Below, piece by piece: positions 26,829-36,580 of a DNA stretch of 64,000 nucleotides. The notes under the pieces are model-generated. The model saw only the letters and a list, made by a program, of their open reading frames with translations. It did no database searches and was not told the origin of the DNA. The DNA comes from Cyanobacteriota bacterium. GTDB lineage: Bacteria > Cyanobacteriota > Vampirovibrionia > Vampirovibrionales > Vampirovibrionaceae. The position numbers and the translations under genes are program-made. The stretch spans positions 41,933 through 105,932 of the forward strand of contig JAIEMW010000004.1 of the NCBI GenBank assembly GCA_019751815.1. The letters are read 5' to 3'. Numbering within the stretch: position 1 is the stretch's first letter; each line of letters opens with the position of its first letter.

Positions 26829-27638
26829 ATGGCTGGTGCCAACTCATTGCGAAAGGCCAAAATGACTTCTCCTGAAAATACAGTTTCTGACAAAACACCC
26901 CCCCTGGCCTGGGCACTGGTTGTCGCCGGTGGCGTCGGTGTTCGCTTTTGCGCTCCACATTCTCACCACCCGGATAAGCTCCTCGCCACGTTAGGGGGAA
27001 CCCCTTTACTGGTAAGAACCATGGAGGCCTTTGCCAAGGCTCACACCATTGAAGGCATCATTTTGGTTGCTCATCCTGATAAACGGGTTCGCTACAATGA
27101 GATCCTTCACCAATACGGAATACAGAAACCACTCCATGTGGTCGATGGAGGGGAGTCACGAAGAGCTTCGGTCTATAACGGTCTCTGCGCCATGCAAACG
27201 CTCAGTAACCCGCGTATGGTTGCTGTTCATGATGCCGCTCGCCCGCTGATTGACCCGGAATGCATCGACCGAGCCGTCTCAAAATTAGCGCATTCAGAAA
27301 CAGCGCAAGGTGTTGTCGTGGGTATCCCTATCCACGATACAGTCAAGCGTGTCGATTCAGAAGGCTCGATTATCCAGACCGAAGATAGACGCTCACTTTG
27401 GCGAGCACAAACCCCCCAAGTGTTTTGGCTCAACGCATTAAAACGGGCCCATGAAACAGCCAGTGCAGACCTTAGCGTGACGGATGATAGCCAATTGATA
27501 GAAATGACCGGCACAGGTCCGGTCGAAACTCTCCTCGGCAGTGAGTTCAATCTCAAAATAACCACCCCAGAAGATTTGCTCACCGCAGAGTCCTGGCTTC
27601 ACCGCCATCAGCACCCACACGAAGTCCATCATCGTTAA
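26829..27638 (+). CDS. ispD: 2-C-methyl-D-erythritol 4-phosphate cytidylyltransferase
   Basis: WALVVAGGVGVRF nucleotide-binding motif, then IspD family core. An alternative ATG lies at 26862. Confidence 0.85.
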   Translation: MAGANSLRKAKMTSPENTVSDKTPPLAWALVVAGGVGVRFCAPHSHHPDKLLATLGGTPLLVRTMEAFAKAHTIEGIILVAHPDKRVRYNEILHQYGIQKPLHVVDGGESRRASVYNGLCAMQTLSNPRMVAVHDAARPLIDPECIDRAVSKLAHSETAQGVVVGIPIHDTVKRVDSEGSIIQTEDRRSLWRAQTPQVFWLNALKRAHETASADLSVTDDSQLIEMTGTGPVETLLGSEFNLKITTPEDLLTAESWLHRHQHPHEVHHR

Positions 27639-27659
27639 TTCTTTAAGGCCTGATCGTTT

Positions 27660-28361
27660 ATGTACACTTTTATCAAAGGTCAACTTGCACACCAGTCGGC
27701 GAATTCACCCAAAGGCGCATTCTGGTGGGTCGATGTCAACGGCTTGGGTCTGGAGATCGCAACCACAGAAGCCGAAGTCCACGACGCGGGTTGGCAAATT
27801 GGTGATAGTGTTTTGATCTACACCGCGCTGATTGTCCGGGAAGATAATTTATCCTTGGTGGGTTTTGCCACTCGCAGTAAGCGGGATTTGTTTCATATCT
27901 TGCAAACCGCCAGTGGTGTTGGAGTTAAGGTGGCACTTTCGCTACTAAACCATCTGAGTGTGAGTGAGATTGTCCAAGCAGTGCTTGCAGAAGACCATAA
28001 ACCACTGACTCAGGCCAAAGGAGTTGGTCCGAAATTGGCACAGAAAATGACCCTTGAGCTGAAAGAGAAAATGACCCAGTGGCATGACACAGCTGATTCC
28101 AGCCTAGAACAGTTTCAGATACAACGCGGGAAAAACGGAGAAGGGGCTTTCGACGATGCTGGCAAACTAACACCTGCTCAGCTGGCTGCTTATCAAGAAG
28201 CCCAAAGTGTGATGTATTCCCTGGGCTATACATCAGAAGAAGTGTCCAAGAGTTTTCAGAACATTTTATCTCCCATAACGTCTAAACAAGATATCAACGC
28301 AGATTTCAGCTCAGAATGGATCCTCAAAGAGGCATTACGGTGGCTCGCCAAACACGTGTAA
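27660..28361 (+). CDS. ruvA: Holliday junction DNA helicase RuvA
   Basis: MYTFIKGQL start. OB-fold domain I, HhH domain II (GVGPKLAQKM), C-terminal domain III. ruvB is not adjacent. Confidence 0.85.
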   Translation: MYTFIKGQLAHQSANSPKGAFWWVDVNGLGLEIATTEAEVHDAGWQIGDSVLIYTALIVREDNLSLVGFATRSKRDLFHILQTASGVGVKVALSLLNHLSVSEIVQAVLAEDHKPLTQAKGVGPKLAQKMTLELKEKMTQWHDTADSSLEQFQIQRGKNGEGAFDDAGKLTPAQLAAYQEAQSVMYSLGYTSEEVSKSFQNILSPITSKQDINADFSSEWILKEALRWLAKHV

Positions 28362-28553
28362 ACGGCTTCATTTACCTGGCTCTATGAGAGATAACATTCA
28401 ATCTGGCCTCAACTTTTTGGATCATCCGTCGATACCAGTAAACAGAGACAACAGCAAACAGATCAGAAACAGAATAAAAATATTTTGGAACAAGCATGGT
28501 CTGATAAAATTTTTGTAGTCTGGAAGTGCCACCCCCCAAGGTAAAAATCTATC

Positions 28554-29426
28554 ATGCCCATTACCTCGTGCTATCAGTGCAAAACCTCTTTTAAGCCTCG
28601 CAAGGGAGAGCCTCTTTGCGAGCTTTGCCACATGAAAAGTGTGGCACACTATCAGAGTGTGTACTTTCGAATGGCCAAATCCATGGAAGTAAAGGGGTTT
28701 TCTGTCGACGCGCTTGCCAAAGCGGTTCGGCTTAAAATTACCCCCATTCAAAATATGATGCACTTTTGTCTGGATAACCAAAACCGGGATTTGCTGCCTG
28801 GTTGGGAAAAAGGAAATTGTTTTCTCTGTAATGAGCGCGAAGCCTATGAGCTTGGGGAACCCTTTTGCCATCAGTGCTTGGGCCGAGTTGAGATCGCGCT
28901 CAACCAGGTTTTAAAACTCATTGAAAAAAGCAATGTGGGCAAGCCTACAACTTCGAGCAAGAAAAATGCGGACTGTGTTATCTGCTTTCCGCCTGAAGAA
29001 ACGGCTCAAGACCAAGAATCGAGCTCGAATGCTCAAAACAGGATGGTTTGCTACCGCTGTTATCAAAGCATCAAAAATGAAAGCGACTACTATAAGCGCT
29101 ATATCCCAGAAGGAATCGCCAGCTTTGAGGACTCCAGCGGATCGTATACCCTCAGAGCCTCAGACAGAACAGCTTCGCAAGAGACCAGAACATCCAATCC
29201 ACTTGATAGTTCTGCCAACCAAGGTTCGCCTTCAAGCAATCCGACCAAGCTCAATAAAGAAGCACTGAACGTCTTACGTTTATTGAACCAAGATGATACG
29301 ATGATCACGGCCGATCTCGCCGATCTCAATGATAGTCTCGACCCCTTCCCTCCTTCTCCAGGCGGAGAGTTTTCCGTGCCAGAGCAGCCACAGAGACGCT
29401 TTGAGTTTAAATCTACCCCCGAATAA
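28554..29426 (+). CDS. multi-zinc-ribbon protein (YvyF/TIGR03826-like N-terminus) with a disordered S/T/P-rich tail
   Basis: Three CxxC...CxxC pairs: CYQCK..CELC, CFLCN..CHQC, CVICF..CYRC. A helical segment follows the first ribbon. Paralogous to the next gene. Confidence 0.55.
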   Translation: MPITSCYQCKTSFKPRKGEPLCELCHMKSVAHYQSVYFRMAKSMEVKGFSVDALAKAVRLKITPIQNMMHFCLDNQNRDLLPGWEKGNCFLCNEREAYELGEPFCHQCLGRVEIALNQVLKLIEKSNVGKPTTSSKKNADCVICFPPEETAQDQESSSNAQNRMVCYRCYQSIKNESDYYKRYIPEGIASFEDSSGSYTLRASDRTASQETRTSNPLDSSANQGSPSSNPTKLNKEALNVLRLLNQDDTMITADLADLNDSLDPFPPSPGGEFSVPEQPQRRFEFKSTPE

Positions 29427-29497
29427 CACATTGCCCGAATGACGCATTGCCTGAATGAGTCGTCGTCTGCTATCATCTCTCCTTCTATATTATTCAT

Positions 29498-30049
29498 GTG
29501 TCGAACCGAAGAAAGTGCATCACCCCAATGAATCTAACCAATTGCCGTCAATGCGGCAAGCTTTATCAACGAGGCGTCGGCTATTTGTGCCCCGACTGCC
29601 AAAAAAACACTTCTGATACCTTTCAAAACCTGGTGACTTACATTAAAGAAAATCCCAATTTACATTTACGGGAGATCGCCGCAGCCTGCCATGTCTCTGA
29701 ACGAGAACTGGAGTCACTGGTCTTTGACGGCAAATTGGGAGCCACCTCCACGCTGGTTGTCACGGACTGTAATAGCTGTAAGGCCACTGTGACCCACACA
29801 CAGCGCAAAGGACGCCTCTGCCATAAATGTTCTGGAAAACTGGATCTTCCGACCAGTAAACCGGAAGACGAAAAAGGCAAGAAAACCAACAAATGGATGC
29901 GAGGCAAAGAGCCAGAGCCAGCCTCTCCCCCTACTGGCACTGAAACTGAAGTGGCAGGGCAAAAAGGCGTGACAGTCGACGGAGATAAACTCTCCCGCAC
30001 TGCTTTGGACCATCATGAATTCAAACAGGTCTGGAGCGATGACATATAA
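29498..30049 (+). CDS. zinc-ribbon protein (YvyF/TIGR03826-like) with a Lys/Glu-rich tail
   Basis: N-terminal CRQCGKLYQRGVGYLCPDC, then an HTH-like segment (LREIAAACHVSERELESL), then a second ribbon CNSCK..CHKC, then a basic/acidic tail. Confidence 0.55.
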   Translation: MSNRRKCITPMNLTNCRQCGKLYQRGVGYLCPDCQKNTSDTFQNLVTYIKENPNLHLREIAAACHVSERELESLVFDGKLGATSTLVVTDCNSCKATVTHTQRKGRLCHKCSGKLDLPTSKPEDEKGKKTNKWMRGKEPEPASPPTGTETEVAGQKGVTVDGDKLSRTALDHHEFKQVWSDDI

Positions 30050-30072
30050 GTGATTTCTTCAGAAAATGCCAA

Positions 30073-30103
30073 CAAAAAAGCCGCTATACCAGCGGCTTTT
30101 TTA
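30073..30103. terminator. bidirectional rho-independent terminator between the zinc-ribbon genes (+) and rpmA (-)
   Basis: Stem AGCCGCT / AGCGGCT with loop ATACC, flanked by an A-run on the 5' side and a T-run on the 3' side. Confidence 0.7.
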
Positions 30104-30124
30104 ATGAAGTCTTTGTAACTGCTC

Positions 30125-30391
30125 TTAGGCGCTTACTTCCACAGGAACCACATTCACTTTCAATGAAGTTTTGCGGTAGCGTGTGAACTGGACATGACCA
30201 GCAGTCAATGCAAACAAGGTATCATCCTTGCCAATACCCACATTCACACCGGGGTGAAACTTGGTGCCGCGTTGGCGAACGAGAATATTGCCGGCCTTGA
30301 CGTTTTCTCCGCCAAAACGTTTAACACCCAAGCGCTGGGCGTGGCTGTCACGTCCGTTCCGTGTAGAACCTACACCTTTCTTATGGGCCAT
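30125..30391 (-). CDS. rpmA: 50S ribosomal protein L27
   Basis: [28 protein letters not shown]. Full L27 family match. Confidence 0.95.
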   Translation of the reverse strand: MAHKKGVGSTRNGRDSHAQRLGVKRFGGENVKAGNILVRQRGTKFHPGVNVGIGKDDTLFALTAGHVQFTRYRKTSLKVNVVPVEVSA

Positions 30392-30394
30392 GGG

Positions 30395-30961
30395 TTATTC
30401 TTGCGCCTCCGTTACTTGATTATTCTCGACCGTCTCATTACCCGCTTCTTTTGCTGTGGCCGTCTTTTTCACGGTTTTTTTCGCAGCTGTTGCGGCCGGT
30501 TTTTTCTTGGCCACGGGTTTTTCTTCGGTTACGGCTTCAACTGCTGCAGCCTTAGCAGGCTTTGCTTCAGCACCCTTTGTGGGTACTGATTTTGCGGCGG
30601 GCCTTGGTTTGGCTTCAGGAAAAACATCAACGGCAACATTGGCTTTGCCTGGAAAGTTTAAAGAGTCAATCATAATGCGAGTAAACTCTTGACGGTGACC
30701 GTTCTTACGGCGATAGCCTTTTTTACAGCGCATTTTATAAACCAACAATTTGGGCCCACGCAGGTGCTTTACCACGGTAGCTGTGGCAGTAGCGCCAGCA
30801 ATATAGGGTGCGCCTACCAAGGAATGCTCTCCAGCGGCTACCAAAAGCACAGAGGAGACGTCAAATTTTTCATTCGGCTCTTTATTAAGCCGGTCCACAT
30901 CCAGATAACGACCTTCCTGGATTGGGTATTGTTTACCATTGATATCAACGACTGCGTACAT
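30395..30961 (-). CDS. rplU: 50S ribosomal protein L21 with a ~85-aa Lys/Ala/Pro-rich C-terminal extension
   Basis: L21 core [20 protein letters not shown]...[14 protein letters not shown] (~105 aa), then [41 protein letters not shown]. Confidence 0.9.
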   Translation of the reverse strand: MYAVVDINGKQYPIQEGRYLDVDRLNKEPNEKFDVSSVLLVAAGEHSLVGAPYIAGATATATVVKHLRGPKLLVYKMRCKKGYRRKNGHRQEFTRIMIDSLNFPGKANVAVDVFPEAKPRPAAKSVPTKGAEAKPAKAAAVEAVTEEKPVAKKKPAATAAKKTVKKTATAKEAGNETVENNQVTEAQE

Positions 30962-31178
30962 AGTGGGGTTTACCTATCGTTTTGTGATTAAAATCAGAAG
31001 CTGGGTGGACACCGGGGCTGAGAGAGTATTTAACACGCGAATGACACACCGGAACAAACAAGAACATTCACTATATCAACAGGAAAAAAGGGTGTCAAAT
31101 AATGAGGGGGACAAAAAACCGGCTATCGTTTTAGGCCGTGACGGCAAACACAAACAATAACCGGTTATTTCAAAAAAA

Positions 31179-32390
31179 CTACTGGGCGTCTCCCAGACAT
31201 TCCAGCGTGATCCGACGATCAGGAATCATCATAGAGACAATCCGGAACTGGTAGGTGTCATTGATGTTGAAAAAGCGACCTGACGCGGAATTAAAGCTAC
31301 AGTAGGCTTCCACTCCGGGGGTCAGTTCCACCAAAACCCCAGAAGACAGGGCTTTAGAGACTCGACCGTTTAACACATCAGAGACTTTAAAGATGGTGTC
31401 CACGGTTTCCCAAGGATCTTGCTCCAAGCGTTTTTTGCTCAGGCTAATTCGCTGTAAGCTTTGATCCACTGTGAGCACAGAAACCGTAATTCGCTGACCC
31501 AGTTCCAACACCTCTGAGGGGTGATGAATACGGCGCCAGGAAATTTCAGACAATGGCAACAGCCCGTCGATACCGTTGATGTCAACAAAGACGCCAAAGT
31601 CTGTAATTTTGACAATCTCGCCTTCAACGACATCACCTTGATTAATCTTCTTCAAGGTTTCAGCCCGCTGTTCTGCTTTTTGTTCAAATACCGCAGCACG
31701 GTTGCTCAGGATCAACTTGTTTTTGGATTTATCCACTTCCAAAATCTTGGCCAGCAGGGTATCTCCAGCAAGCTCATCCAGTGTCTTTGCAACTCGCAGT
31801 TGGCTAGCGGGAATAAAGCCTTTCAGCTCCATCACACTGACCAAAATACCGCCCTTGGTGGCGCCCGTAACAGTCACTTCCACTGTTGTGTTGGCATCTT
31901 TTAGTTCTTTGAGTTTATCCCAGCTCTTGAAAGAGGCGACCCGACGGATGGAGAGCAGGTACTGCACTTCATCATCGGTTTGGGCCATCACATACAGGTC
32001 TTTAATTTGACCGGCTTGAAATTGAGCTTCCAAATCTTCGCTATTGAAGCAGTTGGGAATCTCTTTGAGGGGAACAAAACCTTCGGACTTACCACCCACG
32101 TCGACCAAGAGTCCGTCTTTTTCGACACGGATAATTTCTCCCACAGTAACAGCTCCCGGACGGAGCTCTGTTTGGAAACTTTGCTCTAATAATTGGGCAA
32201 AGTCATCTCGTAACTCATTATTTTCGAGGATTTCAGAGGGTTCAACAGTACGTGTAGACACTGTGGGGGTTGTCTCCTTTCTGGGGGACGAGGTTAACGG
32301 CATAGTTTCTGGTTTATCCTCAGACAGATCGACCGTCTCTTGCGAGTCGCTGTTCAATTTTTCTGGACTGGACTCATCAAATAAATACAT
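31179..32390 (-). CDS. 30S ribosomal protein S1-like protein (four S1 domains, short form)
   Basis: Domain 1 aligns with the E. coli S1 N-terminus (DDFAQLLEQSF...GAVTVGEIIRVEKDGLLVDVGGKSEGFVP). Three more S1 repeats follow. There is an acidic/Ser-Thr-rich N-terminal extension. The ORF track starts at a TTG (32426); the ATG at 32390 is my choice. Confidence 0.7.
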   Translation of the reverse strand: MYLFDESSPEKLNSDSQETVDLSEDKPETMPLTSSPRKETTPTVSTRTVEPSEILENNELRDDFAQLLEQSFQTELRPGAVTVGEIIRVEKDGLLVDVGGKSEGFVPLKEIPNCFNSEDLEAQFQAGQIKDLYVMAQTDDEVQYLLSIRRVASFKSWDKLKELKDANTTVEVTVTGATKGGILVSVMELKGFIPASQLRVAKTLDELAGDTLLAKILEVDKSKNKLILSNRAAVFEQKAEQRAETLKKINQGDVVEGEIVKITDFGVFVDINGIDGLLPLSEISWRRIHHPSEVLELGQRITVSVLTVDQSLQRISLSKKRLEQDPWETVDTIFKVSDVLNGRVSKALSSGVLVELTPGVEAYCSFNSASGRFFNINDTYQFRIVSMMIPDRRITLECLGDAQ

Positions 32391-32558
32391 TGGGTAAATA
32401 CATTCGGGTGACTGTCTGAAATTCAAGTGTTCTTATTGGAGTTCTCTTGGGGGCATTCAACCGGGATTGTGGATGAATGTCAATAGTTTTAAAACAAACA
32501 TGTGTTGAGAATTGTCCAATGATCTCAACAATTCCCCTCACGTAGCAATGGATGATGG

Positions 32559-33458
32559 TTACAAGGCCCCAATATAATCAATCACTTCTTGAACCAACCA
32601 CTCTGGGGTAGAAGCACCGGCAGTGACACCCACAGTTTGTGCTTTTTCCAACAAGGCTGAGCCCTCAAGCTCTTGGTAGGTCTCAATATGAACCGTAGGG
32701 GTTCCCTCTGCTTTACAGATTTCAGCCAGATGGGTTGTATTGGAGCTGTTTTTACCCCCAATCACCACCATAAAATCGACTTTACTAGCCAGTTCCAAGG
32801 CCGCGTTCTGCCGGAAGTACGTTGCCGGGCATATGGTATTAAATACCTTTAACTCTTTACTCAGCTTGGAAAGCTCTTTGACCATATCAAAAAACGTTTC
32901 TTCCATCTGGGTGGTTTGAGACACAATCCCAATGCGCCTGCGGGGGATGTCTGTCAAAGCATTTTGCAAATCACTCACCTGGTTCACACAAACGATATGT
33001 GCTCCCGGGACTTTATCCTTAGCATGTGCACGAATACCCACCACCTCAGGATGATCGGCTTTGCCAACAACCACCACAGTATAGCCTTCTTCTGCCAGTT
33101 CAATCGCCTTGTTTTGCACCAGCCGAACATCAGGACAGGTTGCATCCGAAACCTCAATCTGGCGGGCTTCAGCGGCTTCAATTAATTCTGGTGAGGCTCC
33201 ATGGGTCCGAATCACACACACGCTTCCCTCCGGCACCTCATCTAGTGATTGCACCGTCTGGATCGATTGCTCGCTCAAATGATCAATCACCTGTTGATTG
33301 TGAATGAGTTGTCCCAGAACGTAGACCGGTTTTTCGCTGGACTGCCCAACAGCCAAAGTCTTATCTACAGCCTTTTTGACACCATGACAAAACCCGTGAT
33401 GCTCTGCCAAAAGGATGGTTTTTTGAGTTTGCTGACTTTTGGACGGGGTCATTGTCAT
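32559..33458 (-). CDS. ispH: 4-hydroxy-3-methylbut-2-enyl diphosphate reductase
   Basis: TILLAEHHGFCHGVKKAV and further conserved Cys/His blocks of the LytB family. The ATG at 33458 is chosen over the longer ORF (33521). Confidence 0.85.
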   Translation of the reverse strand: MTMTPSKSQQTQKTILLAEHHGFCHGVKKAVDKTLAVGQSSEKPVYVLGQLIHNQQVIDHLSEQSIQTVQSLDEVPEGSVCVIRTHGASPELIEAAEARQIEVSDATCPDVRLVQNKAIELAEEGYTVVVVGKADHPEVVGIRAHAKDKVPGAHIVCVNQVSDLQNALTDIPRRRIGIVSQTTQMEETFFDMVKELSKLSKELKVFNTICPATYFRQNAALELASKVDFMVVIGGKNSSNTTHLAEICKAEGTPTVHIETYQELEGSALLEKAQTVGVTAGASTPEWLVQEVIDYIGAL

Positions 33459-33657
33459 CTGTATACACCCTTTATTTGTATTGATCTCTCTCATTGTGCC
33501 CAATGAAAGCATTTTTTTCAAGATAAATGATTACTATCGGTAATCGATGCCATTGCTTCACTCTCTTTAGCATGGGGTCATAGCAAATACGCTTAAAGGC
33601 CTATCACCCGATGCTATAATGCAATCAGGCCCAATCCAGTAAAGGCACTCCAATAAG

Positions 33658-34488
33658 ATGGCACGTGAAAACAGCAACGACCATATTTTTACTCCAGAGC
33701 TAGATCAGATGCTGGCTCAATACGCAGCCAGTGACCCTGGAACAAGGTCTCGGGACCGCCTTAGAGAGCATTTGGTCGAGGCCGTGATGCCTTACGTCAA
33801 AAAAATCGCTGGCGGCCTTGCTCGCCGCAGCAGCGACCCTGTGGAAGACATCACCCAGGTTGGCAGCATTGGCCTGATGAAGGCGCTTGATAAGTACAAC
33901 CCCAATGCGGGTACCAGTTTTAAAACCTATGCCACTTACCTGATTACCGGGGAAATTCGGCACTACTTACGAGATAAGTCCAGTATGATCAAGGCCCCCC
34001 GCCAAATGTACGAGCTGTACTACCGCGTCAATCAGATTATTCAACGTCTGAGTGATGAACTGGGCCGGATGCCAACGGATTTAGAGATTGCCGAAGAGCT
34101 TCAATGCCCTGTTAACAAGGTCACTCAGGCACAAGAAATTGATAGACGACGCCAACCCATCTCTCTCGACCAGTTTGCCACACAAGAAGGAAGCTCTGAG
34201 ACAGTTTATATCGAAAGATTGGTAGACGACCGCTATTATCAGTTCTTACTGAATCAAGAAGACAAAATTACGATTGATAACGTCTTGGCCAAGCTCAAAG
34301 AAGAATACCGAACCGTGATTGTGATGACCTATTTTGAAGACTTAAGCCAGACAGAAATCGCCCAAAAACTGGGTATCTCCCAAATGCAAGTGAGCCGCCG
34401 GCTTCGTAAAGCGCTCGATCTCATGTCCCAAGCACTCAGCAAGTCGGAAAGTAATCAGGGACAATCCACCGAGAGATCGCGTACCTGA
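33658..34488 (+). CDS. RNA polymerase sigma factor, SigB/F/G (group 3) subfamily
   Basis: Region 2 DITQVGSIGLMKALDKYNPNAGTSFKTYATYLITGEIRHYLRD. Region 4 HTH TEIAQKLGISQMQVSRRLRKAL. Confidence 0.85.
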   Translation: MARENSNDHIFTPELDQMLAQYAASDPGTRSRDRLREHLVEAVMPYVKKIAGGLARRSSDPVEDITQVGSIGLMKALDKYNPNAGTSFKTYATYLITGEIRHYLRDKSSMIKAPRQMYELYYRVNQIIQRLSDELGRMPTDLEIAEELQCPVNKVTQAQEIDRRRQPISLDQFATQEGSSETVYIERLVDDRYYQFLLNQEDKITIDNVLAKLKEEYRTVIVMTYFEDLSQTEIAQKLGISQMQVSRRLRKALDLMSQALSKSESNQGQSTERSRT

Positions 34489-35507
34489 TGTCCTACCTGG
34501 ATACGTTTTGGTTTTGGTGTGTGCCCGTTTTGGGGCTGATGATTGGCAGTTTTCTCAATGTAGTCGGGCTTCGCTTTCTCAGTGAGGAGTCCATCACTTT
34601 TCCAGCCTCTCATTGCACTCACTGTAATACGCCGATCAAGCCTTATGACAATATCCCTGTTCTCAGCTATCTTCTCTTGGGTGCCAAATGCCGAAGCTGC
34701 AAAGTCCCGATTAGCATCCAGTATCCGCTTATCGAGCTGTTAACCGCTGTTCTGTTTACTGCGTGTTATTGGATCGGTGGTTGGCAATGGGGCACGCTGT
34801 TTCTTTGGTTTCTGATGGCCAACCTGGTTGTGATTATTATTACAGATGCCCGAGAAAGCCTGATCTTTCAGATTAACTCACTCTCTTTGGTCCCGGCTGG
34901 GCTCTTGTTTAACTTCTTCGATCTGGGACACCGTGCACTGGGCACCTGGACGCTCAACCTGGGCTTGCTCACAGTTGACTTCCCGATGAGTTTTACGGAT
35001 GCACTGTTAGGGATACTGGTGGGTCTGCTTCTGTTTGAGGGCATGATTTTGCTCAGCCAGTTGTTTTTAGGAACCGACGGGTTTGGGCATGGGGATACCC
35101 ACCTGATGATGGGAGTAGGCGCCTTTATTGGCTGGCAAGGATGCTTACTGGCGATTGTTTTGGGCTTTATTCTGCAATCGCTGATGGCCATTCCCATTAT
35201 GGTGATTCAATGGATCAAGGCCAAGGACTACCTCTCGTTAGGCACCGGTGGTGCGGGTGTCGCCTTTGGACTTCTGCCCCTCTGGCTGAGTGAACTAAAA
35301 CTTAGCCAAGGGATGCTCACAATGGCTTTACTGGCCTGCATGGGTGCCACACTCACCTGCCTGATTATATTCTTGCTACAGATCAAAAAACGGCAAAGCT
35401 TCACCTATATGCCGCTGGGGCCCGCCTTGGTCTTGGGCAGTTTAATCGTCCTATTCTTAGGTGACAGCTTTGTCAGCAGTATCGCCAAGATATTTCATCT
35501 GGCCTGA
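34488..35507 (+). CDS. A24-family prepilin peptidase
   Basis: Zinc-binding CTHCNTPIKPYDNIPVLSYLLLGAKCRSC, then a polytopic membrane domain with catalytic Asp regions. The start codon overlaps the sigma factor stop (TGATG). Confidence 0.8.
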   Translation: MSYLDTFWFWCVPVLGLMIGSFLNVVGLRFLSEESITFPASHCTHCNTPIKPYDNIPVLSYLLLGAKCRSCKVPISIQYPLIELLTAVLFTACYWIGGWQWGTLFLWFLMANLVVIIITDARESLIFQINSLSLVPAGLLFNFFDLGHRALGTWTLNLGLLTVDFPMSFTDALLGILVGLLLFEGMILLSQLFLGTDGFGHGDTHLMMGVGAFIGWQGCLLAIVLGFILQSLMAIPIMVIQWIKAKDYLSLGTGGAGVAFGLLPLWLSELKLSQGMLTMALLACMGATLTCLIIFLLQIKKRQSFTYMPLGPALVLGSLIVLFLGDSFVSSIAKIFHLA

Positions 35508-35523
35508 TATCTAACTTGAAGCA

Positions 35524-36579
35524 CTAATACAGCTGAACGGGACCGGGATGCTCACGGTTCATATGGATTGTATCCACAAAGCGAACCAAACCGGTACTAT
35601 AGGTGAGGATAATACTATGTGTCCGGGCACCTGTCCCAAAATAGCTGACCCCTTTAAGCACTTGACCGGTGGTGATCCCACATGCGGCAAACACAATCTC
35701 TTTGGCAGGCGCCAGTTCTTCGGTGAAATAGACCTTATCCTCCGATAAATCAGTCAGTCCCATTTCAGTGGCGCGTTTTTTCTCATCTTCATTCCGCCAG
35801 CGCAGTCGCGCTTGGATTTCTCCGCCCAAACATTTGACGGCTGCTGCACTTAAAACGGCCTCAGGGGCTCCACCAGTCCCCATCACCAAATGGACTCCTG
35901 CTCCACTCAGCGCCGTGGAAATCGCCGGCATCATATCCCCATCCGAAATAAGCTGAATTCGCGCACCCGTTTCTCGGACCTGCTTGATCAATTCAGCATG
36001 GCGGGGTCTGTCAAGTATCACCACGGTGAGATCTTCAATCTGCCGGCCCAGGCTCATCGCGACCGTATTGAGGTTATATTTCACAGGGGCATTAATATCG
36101 ACTTTGCCCTTGGACTGAGGACCCACCACCAGTTTATCCATATAGGTGTCCGGCGCATGAAAGAGCCCTCCTTTGGGAGCCAACGCCAGCGTTGCCACGG
36201 CGCCTGGCAGACCATGAGCAACCAGATTGGTTCCTTCCAAGGGATCGACTGCGATGTCCAGCTCAGGCAAATCAGGGCCGCCTTGGCCCACCTTTTCGCC
36301 AATAAAGAGCATTGGGGCTTCGTCCCGTTCCCCTTCTCCAATCACAATGGTGCCGTTAATGGGAATGATTTCCAGTGATTGACGCATGGCGGTGACCGCT
36401 TCTTGATCGGCTGCCTTCTTATCACCCCGGCCCATCAAGCGTCCGGCGGCCAAAGCAGCTGCTTCGACAACTCCCAGCATTTCTCGTGCCAAAAACCGTT
36501 CAGTCGCATTGGCGCCAAAGCCTTCTGGCTTCCAAATTAAGGTATCCGGGTTCATCGTATCCGTCACGTCAGCCACCAT
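35524..36579 (-). CDS. glpX: class II fructose-1,6-bisphosphatase (GlpX-type, possible FBP/SBPase)
   Basis: [13 protein letters not shown] and [24 protein letters not shown]. Strong RBS AGGAAAGGAAA 7 nt upstream of the ATG. Confidence 0.9.
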   Translation of the reverse strand: MVADVTDTMNPDTLIWKPEGFGANATERFLAREMLGVVEAAALAAGRLMGRGDKKAADQEAVTAMRQSLEIIPINGTIVIGEGERDEAPMLFIGEKVGQGGPDLPELDIAVDPLEGTNLVAHGLPGAVATLALAPKGGLFHAPDTYMDKLVVGPQSKGKVDINAPVKYNLNTVAMSLGRQIEDLTVVILDRPRHAELIKQVRETGARIQLISDGDMMPAISTALSGAGVHLVMGTGGAPEAVLSAAAVKCLGGEIQARLRWRNEDEKKRATEMGLTDLSEDKVYFTEELAPAKEIVFAACGITTGQVLKGVSYFGTGARTHSIILTYSTGLVRFVDTIHMNREHPGPVQLY

Positions 36580-36580
36580 C

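Noticed and set aside
30962-31178. Ribosomal-protein L21 leader/attenuator RNA upstream of rplU
   Set aside because: The spacer is 217 bp and contains a 12-bp palindrome ATAACCGGTTAT near 31152, but there is no convincing terminator/antiterminator pair. I cannot support a leader motif without covariance-model evidence.
35890-36378. 162-aa plus-strand ORF inside glpX (with a companion at 36081-36341)
   Set aside because: GlpX identity on the minus strand is unambiguous. No start context.
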